Below, one piece after another: positions 1 to 9,135 of a stretch of 56,676 nt of DNA (the stretch's first letter is position 1; every line of letters starts with the position of its first letter). Source of the stretch: an uncultured Rickettsiales bacterium (GTDB taxonomy: Bacteria > Myxococcota_A > UBA796 > UBA9615 > CAYRNR01). A program made the translations under genes and the position numbers. The DNA is taken from positions 2,302-58,977 of the forward strand of contig CAZBPN010000007.1 of NCBI GenBank assembly GCA_964493735.1, written 5' to 3'. The notes beneath the pieces were generated by a model. It was not told the DNA's origin and searched no databases. It was given only the letters and a program-made list of their open reading frames with translations.

Positions 1-2437
1 GCCGGCGGTGCGGGGCGGGGCGGGGGCCGCCCCCCACCCCCCGGGCGCGGCGGCGGGCGCCGGCGGCGGTCAGGTCCAGGGCCACGTCGATCCGGGCGCC
101 GTCGTGGGTCACCAGCTCGTCCAGCTGGAAGCTGAGCTCCGGCCCCTCACGGTAGGGGATCGCGTCCACCGGATCCCCGTCGATCGCCACCCCGGCGATC
201 TCACCGAACGCGAAGGGGTGCGGAACGAAGAGGTGGATGCGGTCCACGCCCGAGTCGTCCTCGTCGAGGGTCAGCTCCAGTGACAGGGTCACCCGCTCCG
301 AGGCACCCCCGGTCGGCACCGACGCCGGGCTCAGCTGCGCCGTCGCCGCCGTCGCGCCGATGGGCGAGCTGACGACCCGCTCGCTGTGGAGCGCCCAGGG
401 GGTCTCGAGATCCCCCTCGGACCAGGTCACCACCGAGGTGCAGTCCCCCAGGGTCACCAGGGCCGGCATGCGGGCCATGCCGCCGAGACCCGGGACCGTC
501 TGTTCGTCCCACAACCCCTCGCTGTCCACCTGCGCCACCTTGATCGAGGCGCGGTCCGTCTCGTGGGCCTGCGCCCAGGCCACGATCACCCGATCGCCGT
601 CGGTGGCCAGCGCCGGCTCCCAGGCCATCAGCGGGGCGTCGGTCAGCGGCAGGGGGGCGGAGAACCCCAGCCCGTTGTTGGTCGAGTGGGCGTAGCTCAG
701 CTGGAAGGTCCCCTGCACCAGCTCGGACCACACCAGGTGGAGCGTGCCGTCGGCCGAGCGGACCACGCGCGGCTGGATGCTGGGCTCGACCCCGTCGCTG
801 ACCGCGACCTCGTCGTTCCACTCCTCGCCGGCGTTGGCGCTGTAGACCGCGTACACCTGGGTGTTCTCGTTGGGGATGTCCGGGTGGAGGAATCCGTTGA
901 CGTGGGCCGAGAACACGGCGACCCAGGCCTCGTGGGCCTGCATCTGCTGCCAGTCCCGCGGGAAGTACCGCGGGTTGACGAAGGGCTCGGGGCCGTTCTC
1001 CTCCCAGGTGTCGCCGTCGTCCTCGCTCAGCCAGAACCGCGTGATCCCGCTGTTGGCGTTGTTCTCGGCCAGGACCAGGGGCTCACCGCGACCGGCCACG
1101 ACCAGGTTGGAGGTCGAGGTCGCCGACGAGGTCATCTCGTGATCGAACAGCTCGGTCACCGTGCCCGCCGCCGGGTCCACCCGCGCCAGTCGGCTGCGGA
1201 CCTCCTCGCCACCCGCCCACTGCTCCAGCCAGCCGACCAGGGCCATCGTCCCGTGGCTCCGGACCATCGGGCCGCTCTGGATCCAGCCGTCGTCCCCCCG
1301 GAACAGCTCGGTCCAGCTCTCGCCGTGATCCTCGGAGACCTCCACCACGACCCGGTGCGCGCCCTGGTCGTCGGCCAGGGAGGGATCGTGGAGCTCGTGG
1401 GCGCGGATCAGGCGCTCGCCCGCCCGGGTCAGCCGGGGTTCGTGCTGGCCGCCGGGTCCCCGCGACACCGAGTCCCCGTCCTCGAGGATCTCGGTGAGCA
1501 CCCTGCCGCGGGCGTAGGGCATCGCGAACCCCATCAGGTGGGCCACCGTCGGGGCCAGATCCAGGAAGCTGCTGACCGCGTCGTCCTGGACGCCCGCGCG
1601 GATCCCCGGGCCCACCGCCAGCAAGAAGGCGTTCCGGCAGCCCCGGCAGTGGCAGCCGTGGCTGATCCAGCCCGACTCCTCCTCGTCCAGGTGTCGGCCG
1701 TGATCGGTGGTGACCATCAGGGCGGTCGTGCCCGCGTAGACGGGATCCGCCTGGAGACGGTCCCAGAACTCCGCGATCCGGGCGGCCGCCGCGTCGGCCT
1801 TGCCCATGTACCCGTCCCAGTCGACCTCGTGCCCCTTGCGGTCCACCTCGTGGAGGTTGACCAGCATCAGGGCGACCTCCTCGTCGGCGAGGATCTCGTC
1901 CACCTGATCCCAGGCCCAATCGTCCTCGATCAGGGTCTCGTAGGTGAGCGCCCGGGACGCGCCGTACAGCTCGCCATATCCGGGCATCATGCTGCTGGCG
2001 GTGTCGTGGAGGTAGCCGGTGTTACCGACCACCCAGCAGCTCCCCTGACCCGCGCCCGTCGCCCTGCGGTAGGCCTCGAACAGGGTCGGCGTGCGGGGAC
2101 CGTGGTTGATCCGCGCCTCGTAAGGCTGGGTCCCGCCGTAGTCGGAGCGGTTGCCGCTGACCAGCGCGTGGTGCGCGGGGAGGGTGACGGTCTGGCCGGT
2201 GATGTCCAGACGGGTCAGGACCGTGCCCTGCTCCACCAGGTCCGCCAGCGGCGCCAGCGCGCCGTGGCTCGGATCGTCGAACCCCTCGCTGGCGCGGATC
2301 CCGTCGATGACGAAGAGGAACACGTGCTCCACGGTCTGCGCGTCCGCGGGTGCGGCGGCGGCCAGGGCCAGCGCGACGGCAGCCAGGCCGGCGGTGAGGC
2401 GGGGGGCACGCGGGGTGGCTCGGGGTATCCGGGTCAT
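1..2437 (-). CDS. Partial CDS (3' end runs off the window): secreted type-I phosphodiesterase/nucleotide pyrophosphatase (alkaline-phosphatase superfamily) fused to a BNR/Asp-box propeller. Paralog of 2553..5150
   Basis: Absent from the ORF track because this frame has no stop inside the window. My own minus-strand translation from the ATG at 2437-2435 reads MTRIPRATPRAPRLTAGLAAVALALAAAAPADAQTVEHVFLFVIDGIRASEGFDDP... This aligns with QQVEHAFIVVIDGLRASEGFDDP of the neighbouring gene. Further on it reads ...LSEDDGDTWE..., ...NENTQVYAVYSANAGEEWN..., ...LVTLGDCTSVVTWSEGDLETPW... I spot-checked the frame as open near 2400, 1500, 850, 300 and 100. The first ~70 nt of the window are G/C-homopolymer rich, so the frame there is uncertain. 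Confidence 0.75.
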   Translation of the reverse strand, partial: MTRIPRATPRAPRLTAGLAAVALALAAAAPADAQTVEHVFLFVIDGIRASEGFDDPSHGALAPLADLVEQGTVLTRLDITGQTVTLPAHHALVSGNRSDYGGTQPYEARINHGPRTPTLFEAYRRATGAGQGSCWVVGNTGYLHDTASSMMPGYGELYGASRALTYETLIEDDWAWDQVDEILADEEVALMLVNLHEVDRKGHEVDWDGYMGKADAAAARIAEFWDRLQADPVYAGTTALMVTTDHGRHLDEEESGWISHGCHCRGCRNAFLLAVGPGIRAGVQDDAVSSFLDLAPTVAHLMGFAMPYARGRVLTEILEDGDSVSRGPGGQHEPRLTRAGERLIRAHELHDPSLADDQGAHRVVVEVSEDHGESWTELFRGDDGWIQSGPMVRSHGTMALVGWLEQWAGGEEVRSRLARVDPAAGTVTELFDHEMTSSATSTSNLVVAGRGEPLVLAENNANSGITRFWLSEDDGDTWEENGPEPFVNPRYFPRDWQQMQAHEAWVAVFSAHVNGFLHPDIPNENTQVYAVYSANAGEEWNDEVAVSDGVEPSIQPRVVRSADGTLHLVWSELVQGTFQLSYAHSTNNGLGFSAPLPLTDAPLMAWEPALATDGDRVIVAWAQAHETDRASIKVAQVDSEGLWDEQTVPGLGGMARMPALVTLGDCTSVVTWSEGDLETPWALHSERVVSSPIGATAATAQLSPASVPTGGASERVTLSLELTLDEDDSGVDRIHLFVPHPFAFGEIAGVAIDGDPVDAIPYREGPELSFQLDELVTHDGARIDVALDLTAAGARRRARGVGGGPRPAPHRR

Positions 2438-2552
2438 CGCTGCCGCATGGTAGACGCCGTGGTGGCCGATCGCCAGCGCCGATTCCAGCGGCGGGAGCGG
2501 TGGTCGTGCGGGCGCCGAATAGGGTTGGACGCGGGTCCATCGGTGCTAAGCT

Positions 2553-5150
2553 GTGCGCCGCATGCAAGTCCGCACGATCGCTGCCATCTCCGCCCTCCTG
2601 GTCGGCCTCGCGCCGGCCGCCCATGCCCAGCAGGTGGAGCACGCCTTCATCGTGGTGATCGACGGGCTCCGTGCCAGCGAGGGGTTCGACGACCCGATGG
2701 TGCGGTTCATCGCACCGCTGGTGGACGAGCTGGCCCCCCAGGGCGCGGTCCTGACCACCGTGGAGAACCGAGCCCAGACCACGACCCTGCCGGCCCACCA
2801 GGTGTTCGTCACCGGGAACTTCGCGGACTACGGCAACACGCCGGTGTACGAGGACCGGGTCAACCTGTGGTCCCGGACGCCGACCCTGTTCGAGGCCTAC
2901 CGCCGCCAGACCGGAGACGACCAGGACAGCTGCCAGGTGGTGTCCAACACGCCGCTGCTTCACGACACCTACCGCAGCCTGATGCCCGGGTACGGCGAGG
3001 ACTACGGGGCCACCAACCGCACGGACTACTCGGGCTACGCCAACGACGAGTGGAGCTGGGAGCAGATCTACGACGCGGTGGAGAATCACGACGTGGCGCT
3101 GATGCTGGTCAACCTCCACGAGGTGGACCGGATGGGCCACGCCGGCACCTGGCTCGGGTACACGGGCAAGGCCACCCAGGCGTCCGAGGACCTGGTCGAG
3201 TTCTGGAACTGGCTCCAGTCCAACCCCACCTACCAGGACACCAGCCTGCTGGTGGTCGGCACGGATCACGGGCGGCACCTGGACGGCATCGACGTGGGCT
3301 GGATCGACCACGGCGATGCCTGCGTGGGCTGCCGCAAGACCTTCCTGATGTTCGTCGGTCCGGGCGTGCGCCAGGGGGTGAGCAGCGACGGCGCCGTGAG
3401 CCTGCTGGACGTGGCGCCGACCGTCGCGCACCTGATGGGGCTGGAGTTCCCCTACGCCCGTGGCCGCGTGCTGGTGCAGGCGCTCGAGAACGGCGCCCAG
3501 GTCGATCCCGGGCCCGGCGGGGGGTTCCACCCCCGGCTCGTCCGGGGGGGCGACCTGGTGCTACGGGTGTCGGAGCACCAGGACCTGGCGCTGGTGGACA
3601 CCGAGGGATCCCAGCGGGCCCTGCTCGAGATCTCGGAGGACGACGGCGACAGCTGGGAGGGCGTGACCACCACCGAGACCGCGGTCCTGCAGCACCGCCC
3701 GGCCGCCTGGACCGACGGCGAGGCGATCGTGGTCGGCTGGCTGGAATACCCCGTGCGGGGCGACGTGTGGACCGTGCGCGTACGCCGCCGGGGTACGGAC
3801 GGCAGCTGGGAGGAGGTCCTCTCCCAGGACATGTTCGGCTCGTCCACGCCCATCTCGAACCTGGCCTTCCACGACGACGGCGAGACCCTGAGGCTGCAGG
3901 TCAACAACGCGCGATCGGAGACCCTGCGCTCCTTCGTCTCCGAGGACGGCGGGCAGACCTGGGACAGCCTGGGTCACATCGATCACGACCGCCACTTCCC
4001 GTCCGGCGCGCGCCAGGTGGCGATCGATGGGACCTGGCTCGCGGTCTACAGCGCCCACGCCCAGTTCGGGGTGGTGGTCGACGATCCCAACGAGAACACC
4101 GAGATCTTCGTCCGCCGCAGCGACGACGCCGGCCTGTCCTGGGAGCCCGAGGTGGCGGTCACCGACGACGAGGCCCCGAGCATCCAGCCCGCGCTGGCGG
4201 TCACCCCCGACGGGGTCCTGCACCTGGTGTGGGCCGACATGGCCACCGGGGAGTTCCAGCTCTACCACGCCGAGTCCAGCGACAACGGCGCCACGTTCTC
4301 CGCCGCCACCCAGCTCACGTCGGGCTCCCTCGGCGCCTGGGAGCCCGCCCTGACCGTGGACGGGGAGCGGCCCTACCTGGTCTGGTCCCAGTTCGACGAG
4401 CCCGACCGGGCGTCGGTGCACGAGGCGGCCATCGAGGGGGGCGAGCTGGTGGACCGGGTCGAGCTTTCCGCTCCGGACGGCGCTGCCCGCACCCCGGACA
4501 TCGTGGCCCTCGGCGACTGCACGTCCCTGGTCACCTGGTCCGAGAGTGATCTGGCCGGACCCTGGACCCTGGAGCAAGCGCGGGTGGTGACGGCCGGGAC
4601 GCCGGCCAAGTCGGCCAGCGGTACGATCGAGCCCGCCGAGGTGGTGGCCGGGGCGGTCGAGGCGCAGATCACCGTGCGGATCACCCTGGAGATGGACGCG
4701 GACGACCGGGGGGTGGACCGGCTGCAGGTGGGACTGCCCGAGGGGTTCGAGGCCACCGGCGAGGCGGAGCTGACCCTGGACGACGAACCCGTGGACGGCT
4801 CGGCCTTCCTGCACGGGGACGATCTGTGGTTCGAGGCCGACCAGCCGGTGGGCGGAGACGGCGGCGAGCTGGCCCTGACCCTGACGCTGATCCCGCCGGC
4901 GTCCCCGGCGGAGGGAACCGCGGTCGACGTGACCCTGCACCGGGGTCTCGAGCCCTGCGTCACCGCCGTCGACGGGGAGCTGCTGCTCGCCGCCGCCGAG
5001 GACCCGGGCGACGACGACGACTCGGGCGACGACGACACCGGCGACGACGACTGCTCCTGCCGCAGCGACGGACGATCCGCGCCGGTCCCGGCGGGCGCGC
5101 TGCTCTCCCTGGTCGCCGCGCTCCTGATCCGCCGCCGCACTTCGCGATAG
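2553..5150 (+). CDS. Secreted type-I phosphodiesterase/NPP (alkaline-phosphatase superfamily) + BNR/Asp-box beta-propeller + acidic linker + MYXO-CTERM-like anchor
   Basis: Signal peptide ...LVGLAPAAHAQQ. NPP-like motifs VVIDGLR, QTTTLPAHQ, NLHEVDRMGHAG, VVGTDHGRH. Four Asp-boxes: SEDDGDSWE, SEDGGQTWD, SDDAGLSWE, SSDNGATFS. The C-terminus DDDCSCRSDGRSAPVPAGALLSLVAALLIRRRTSR has Cys, a hydrophobic stretch and an Arg cluster. An alternative ATG start lies at 2562. Confidence 0.85.
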   Translation: MRRMQVRTIAAISALLVGLAPAAHAQQVEHAFIVVIDGLRASEGFDDPMVRFIAPLVDELAPQGAVLTTVENRAQTTTLPAHQVFVTGNFADYGNTPVYEDRVNLWSRTPTLFEAYRRQTGDDQDSCQVVSNTPLLHDTYRSLMPGYGEDYGATNRTDYSGYANDEWSWEQIYDAVENHDVALMLVNLHEVDRMGHAGTWLGYTGKATQASEDLVEFWNWLQSNPTYQDTSLLVVGTDHGRHLDGIDVGWIDHGDACVGCRKTFLMFVGPGVRQGVSSDGAVSLLDVAPTVAHLMGLEFPYARGRVLVQALENGAQVDPGPGGGFHPRLVRGGDLVLRVSEHQDLALVDTEGSQRALLEISEDDGDSWEGVTTTETAVLQHRPAAWTDGEAIVVGWLEYPVRGDVWTVRVRRRGTDGSWEEVLSQDMFGSSTPISNLAFHDDGETLRLQVNNARSETLRSFVSEDGGQTWDSLGHIDHDRHFPSGARQVAIDGTWLAVYSAHAQFGVVVDDPNENTEIFVRRSDDAGLSWEPEVAVTDDEAPSIQPALAVTPDGVLHLVWADMATGEFQLYHAESSDNGATFSAATQLTSGSLGAWEPALTVDGERPYLVWSQFDEPDRASVHEAAIEGGELVDRVELSAPDGAARTPDIVALGDCTSLVTWSESDLAGPWTLEQARVVTAGTPAKSASGTIEPAEVVAGAVEAQITVRITLEMDADDRGVDRLQVGLPEGFEATGEAELTLDDEPVDGSAFLHGDDLWFEADQPVGGDGGELALTLTLIPPASPAEGTAVDVTLHRGLEPCVTAVDGELLLAAAEDPGDDDDSGDDDTGDDDCSCRSDGRSAPVPAGALLSLVAALLIRRRTSR

Positions 5151-5183
5151 AATTCCCGTTCCAAGCCATCCGGGAGGGTGATC

Positions 5184-6668
5184 ATGAACCAGCGTCTCCT
5201 GATCCTGAGTCTCGCGTCCCTGTCGATGCTCCTCGCCGTCGCGGCCTGCCCCGCGGCCGTGGACGAGCCGGAGGCTGCGGGCGCGACCCACGCCCGCGCG
5301 GACGCGGGTCGGGGCGGCGGCAAGGCCGGCGGAGGGCGGACTGGCGGCGGACGCTCGGAGGGCGGCCAGGGGGCCGGTACCGCGGAGAGCGGCTCCTCGC
5401 GTGCGTCGATCGCGCGCACGCCGTTCGATGGCCACTTCGGCATCAACGGGGTCCACTATCCGCCGCTCCGCGGAGGTCTGGAGAAGATCCACGCCCGCAG
5501 CCGCGAGTTGGAGGAGCTGGGCCCGATCTGGCTGCGCCACCCGGGCCGCGACACGGGCTGGCACGAGATCCAGAGCCGGCGCGGCGGCCCCTACGAGTGG
5601 AGCAAGCTCGACGCGATCATCAACGAGACCGAGTACCCCTGGGTCATGGAGATCTACGGGGCGGTGGGGACCATCTATCCGTTCCGCGAGAAGATGAGCC
5701 GGGACGAGCTGGACAAGTCCGGCGACAAGCGGGACGTCTACAAGAAGGTCAAGGAGAACTCGATCAACTTCGACGACACCACCGAGCGGGCGGACGCCGA
5801 GACCTACGTCAAGGACTTCGTCACCCGCTACAAGGACCGGATCAAGGTCTGGGAGGTGGGCAACGAGGGCATCAACTCCCCGGATCGCTTCGTGACCATC
5901 AAGCACACCTACGGCTGGGTCAAGGAGGCCGATCCCGAGGCCCTGGTGATGATCACCTCGGTCGCGGGTACCGACGACAAGCAGTTCCAGAGCGGCATCG
6001 ACAAGATGGACGAGATGCTCGAGCAGGGCATCGGCGACTACTTCGACATCGGCAACTTCCACTACTACGGGGTCATCGGGAGCGACTTCGAGGGGCAGCT
6101 CGAGGGGGCCTACGACGCCTACGCCGGGGTGCTGGCCAAGCACGGGCACAGCAAGCCGATCTGGGTGACCGAGACCGCCACCTCCTCGGTCGTCGACTCG
6201 GAGCTCTCGGGTCCCAGCTCCGAGGCGACCCAGGCGCGCCACGTGGTCAAGCGGATGGTCGTGTTCTCGGCCAAGGGCGCCGAGAAGGTGATGTGGCACG
6301 GCTACCGCTCCGACTCGGAGAACAACCGCTTCCACGGCTGCAACCTGCGCGACCCCCGCTCCCAGGCCACCAAGCCCTCGTTCCGCACCCTGAAGCTGGT
6401 GATCGACAAGATCGGCTACTACGAGAGCGTCCAGACGGTGATGAACGAGGGGACCTTCCTGTACCGCTTCACCAACCCCGACGGGAGCGTGGTGCTGGTC
6501 GCCTGGTCCCACGAGCCGGTCAAGCTCGACCTGAGCGAGCACCTGGGTACCCGCAGCGCGGTGGTGACCCACACCATCGAGGACAGCACCGCGACGCCGT
6601 TCAGCGAGCGGGTCGAGGCCGATCGGGTCTCGATCTCCGCCAGCCCGATCTTCGTCGAGGCGGGCTGA
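5184..6668 (+). CDS. Glycoside hydrolase, clan GH-A (TIM-barrel) lipoprotein
   Basis: GGGAGGG RBS lies just upstream of the ATG at 5184; the track start at 5178 is in frame. Lipobox LLAVAAC. Acid/base-like motif KVWEVGNEG and nucleophile-like motif IWVTETA are spaced as in clan GH-A enzymes. The exact family was not determined. Confidence 0.72.
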   Translation: MNQRLLILSLASLSMLLAVAACPAAVDEPEAAGATHARADAGRGGGKAGGGRTGGGRSEGGQGAGTAESGSSRASIARTPFDGHFGINGVHYPPLRGGLEKIHARSRELEELGPIWLRHPGRDTGWHEIQSRRGGPYEWSKLDAIINETEYPWVMEIYGAVGTIYPFREKMSRDELDKSGDKRDVYKKVKENSINFDDTTERADAETYVKDFVTRYKDRIKVWEVGNEGINSPDRFVTIKHTYGWVKEADPEALVMITSVAGTDDKQFQSGIDKMDEMLEQGIGDYFDIGNFHYYGVIGSDFEGQLEGAYDAYAGVLAKHGHSKPIWVTETATSSVVDSELSGPSSEATQARHVVKRMVVFSAKGAEKVMWHGYRSDSENNRFHGCNLRDPRSQATKPSFRTLKLVIDKIGYYESVQTVMNEGTFLYRFTNPDGSVVLVAWSHEPVKLDLSEHLGTRSAVVTHTIEDSTATPFSERVEADRVSISASPIFVEAG

Positions 6669-6744
6669 CTCCTCCGGGCGAGAGCCGTCCCTTGGCAGGG
6701 GATCCCCCCTGCGCTACCGTGCTCCCCGAACGGAGGTCCTCCCC

Positions 6745-7725
6745 ATGAGACCGTGGTTCCTGCTGTGCCTGGCCCTGTCCCTGGTCTGCGGCTGCCCCAC
6801 CGACGACGACGACGACGACACGACCGGCGACGACGACGACGACGCCTGTGAGGGCGGTGACTCCATCACCCTGGACGACGAACACAACTACAACTTCGTC
6901 GGGACCCTCGACATCGCCCCCTACGAGGCCAAGGAGCTGACCAGCGTCGAGATCTGCTGGGACGGGCTGACGACCGACCTGCAGGGGCACGAGCTGGTCC
7001 TGGACGACCTGGACTTCGCCGCCGTGGTCGTCTTCCGCTATCTGTCCCAGGAGGAGGTCGCCGCCGGCATCAGCGAGAACACCCTGCAGCAGTCCGACGT
7101 GTCCCTCTACGTGGAGGCGGAGCTGGTCGACGGCCAGACCTGTGTGAACCTGGGCGACCTGACCCTGTTCGGCAACGACATCGACGTGGAGCAGTACTTC
7201 GAGGAGGGCTATGGCACCTGGCTGTTCACCCTCAACACCGGCTCCACGCCGGGCGTGGGCTCGCGGATGGCGATCTTCCTGGAGCCGACCCCCGGGAGCG
7301 AGATCGAGCTCATCGAGATCCAGGACGGCGACGCCCTGGTCACGGTGGACGCGGACCTCACCGGGCTGACCTCCGTGCCGATGCCCGTCGGCGAGACCAA
7401 GACGGTCAGCTGGGACGGGCTGACCGTGGACGGTCAGGGCAACGAGATGCAGCTGGGCAGCATCGACCGGCTGATGGTCGCCCAGTACGCGACCCTGACC
7501 CCCGCCGACCTGGAGGCCAACTTCCTCGATCTGGAGCTGATCGCCGACGCCCAGTGGGACCTGGTCCTGGAGGGGCAGACCGAGGTGGACCTGTCCACGC
7601 TCCAGTCCGGTGGGGATCCCTACTACGGGATCAGCGACGAGGGCACCTGGATCCTGGCCCTGCGGTGCGACACCTGCGCCAACCCGGCGCCGCCCTTCCT
7701 GACGATCCTGACCGTCTGCCAGTGA
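6745..7725 (+). CDS. Hypothetical acidic lipoprotein with an internal two-domain duplication
   Basis: GGAGG RBS. Lipobox LVCGC followed by PTDDDDDDTTGDDDDD. Two repeated segments: ICWDGLTTDLQGHELVLDDLD and VSWDGLTVDGQGNEMQLGSID. I recognise no family. Confidence 0.7.
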   Translation: MRPWFLLCLALSLVCGCPTDDDDDDTTGDDDDDACEGGDSITLDDEHNYNFVGTLDIAPYEAKELTSVEICWDGLTTDLQGHELVLDDLDFAAVVVFRYLSQEEVAAGISENTLQQSDVSLYVEAELVDGQTCVNLGDLTLFGNDIDVEQYFEEGYGTWLFTLNTGSTPGVGSRMAIFLEPTPGSEIELIEIQDGDALVTVDADLTGLTSVPMPVGETKTVSWDGLTVDGQGNEMQLGSIDRLMVAQYATLTPADLEANFLDLELIADAQWDLVLEGQTEVDLSTLQSGGDPYYGISDEGTWILALRCDTCANPAPPFLTILTVCQ

Positions 7726-7737
7726 ACGGCCGCGCGG

Positions 7738-9135
7738 TCAGCGCCGGTCGATGTCCTCGATCCACTCGGTGAACCCGAACCCGTAGCCGACCCGGGTGTA
7801 CAGCCGCCAAAGCACGTGGCCGGTCTCGTCCACCTCGTCCAGCATGCCCGCCGAGCTCCAGGTCACCAGGGTGGTGCCCCCCGGCAGCCGGGTCACGTCA
7901 CCCCCGGAGATGATGTAGACCGGCGGGTGGTCGAAGTGCTCCCAGGCCAGCTCGGCGCGGCGCTGCTCCAGGTCCAGCGTGTACTCGACCGCCCGGGAGG
8001 CGTAGCGGGACACGTCGCCGTTGTCGAAGATCAGGACCCGGTCGTCGTAGACGTGGAACTGGTGCTGGTCGGAGTGGGGATCGGTGCCCACGATCTGGAC
8101 CGTCGAGTAGGGCCCGCCGAGCACCCACTCCAGCTCGCCGGCCGCGCGGTCGATCTTCAGGACACAATCCTGGCTGCGCAGGGAGAGGAAGTAGGCGTCC
8201 TCGTTCTCGTCCAGGTCCAGCGCGTTGGCGTGGGTGTAGCCCGTCCCGGCGGGCGGATCGAGATCCGGGTCGTACTCCAGGTCGTCCCAGACGCTCCAGA
8301 TCTCCTCCTCGGTCCCGTCCGGGCGCCACTCGACGATCCGGTCGCCGCGGATGTTGAGGCCGTCCACGTCGAGGCCGTCGGCGGTGATGTATCCGATCGA
8401 CCCGTCGGCCAGCTCGACGAAGTCGTGGGTGTGCCCCACAGCGCTGATCCGCTGGACCTCGCGTCCGTCCAGGGACACCCGGATGATGCGCTCGTCCTCG
8501 ACCTCGTTGTCCTCGTCGAACAGGCGGAACGCGTTGTAGTAGACCGAGCTCCGATCCCGGCTCAGCCGCACGGTCGTGATGACCTCGTGGGGGGTCTCGT
8601 CCAGGTGCCACCAGACCGGGTTGCCCCGCTCGTCGAGGATGACCGGCACCGACACCTCGCTGAACAGGGAGACCGCGAAGTGGCCGCCCGTGATTGCGTC
8701 GGGGTCGGGGACGTGGTGCTGGATCAGCTCCCCGGACAGCTCCGGGGGCAGGGGTCCGGTGGTGAACGTGCCGTCGAGGCTGCCCAGGGGGGTGTCGTCG
8801 TCGAGGGCCACGATCCGGTAGTCGACCTCCGTGTCGGCGGTCAGGCCCAGCAGGGTCACCTGGTGATCGGTGGCGATGTCCGCGGGATCGACCACCTGCC
8901 GATCCAGCGAGCCGTCGACGCCGAACTCCACACGCCCCGCGGTCGGCTCCTCGGTCGCCCAGGAGAGGGTGACGACCGTGCCGATCACGTCGGAGACGTC
9001 CACCTGGACGGACTGGATGAACGCGGGAGCGTCATCGTCGGAGACGTCGTCGTCGTCGCCGGTGGGGCAGCCGGGCCCTGCCAGCAGCAGGGGCAGGATC
9101 AGCGCGAGAGGGCGCCCAACGGATCGTGTCGGCAT
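7738..9135 (-). CDS. Arylsulfotransferase (ASST)-like beta-propeller lipoprotein
   Basis: Lipobox LLAGPGC followed by PTGDDDDVSDDD. The ASST-like layout is an N-terminal Ig-like region (VVTLSWATEEPTAGRVEFG) followed by His-containing propeller motifs HTHDFVELADG, YTHANALDLDE and DQHQFHVYDD. Confidence 0.7.
   Translation of the reverse strand: MPTRSVGRPLALILPLLLAGPGCPTGDDDDVSDDDAPAFIQSVQVDVSDVIGTVVTLSWATEEPTAGRVEFGVDGSLDRQVVDPADIATDHQVTLLGLTADTEVDYRIVALDDDTPLGSLDGTFTTGPLPPELSGELIQHHVPDPDAITGGHFAVSLFSEVSVPVILDERGNPVWWHLDETPHEVITTVRLSRDRSSVYYNAFRLFDEDNEVEDERIIRVSLDGREVQRISAVGHTHDFVELADGSIGYITADGLDVDGLNIRGDRIVEWRPDGTEEEIWSVWDDLEYDPDLDPPAGTGYTHANALDLDENEDAYFLSLRSQDCVLKIDRAAGELEWVLGGPYSTVQIVGTDPHSDQHQFHVYDDRVLIFDNGDVSRYASRAVEYTLDLEQRRAELAWEHFDHPPVYIISGGDVTRLPGGTTLVTWSSAGMLDEVDETGHVLWRLYTRVGYGFGFTEWIEDIDRR

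Noticed and set aside
386-4549. 1387-aa ORF on the + strand, plus its companions 201..821(-), 1083..1919(-) and 2022..3530(-)
   Set aside because: The translations are Arg/Gly/Pro/His-rich with no domain motifs and run across two oppositely oriented real genes. This is typical of out-of-frame or antisense shadow ORFs in very GC-rich DNA. The real genes are 1..2437(-) and 2553..5150(+).
3561-6572. 1003-aa ORF on the - strand
   Set aside because: It is antisense to the NPP-BNR gene and the GH-A gene. The composition is dominated by G, R, P, V, D, L, H and A, with no recognisable domains.
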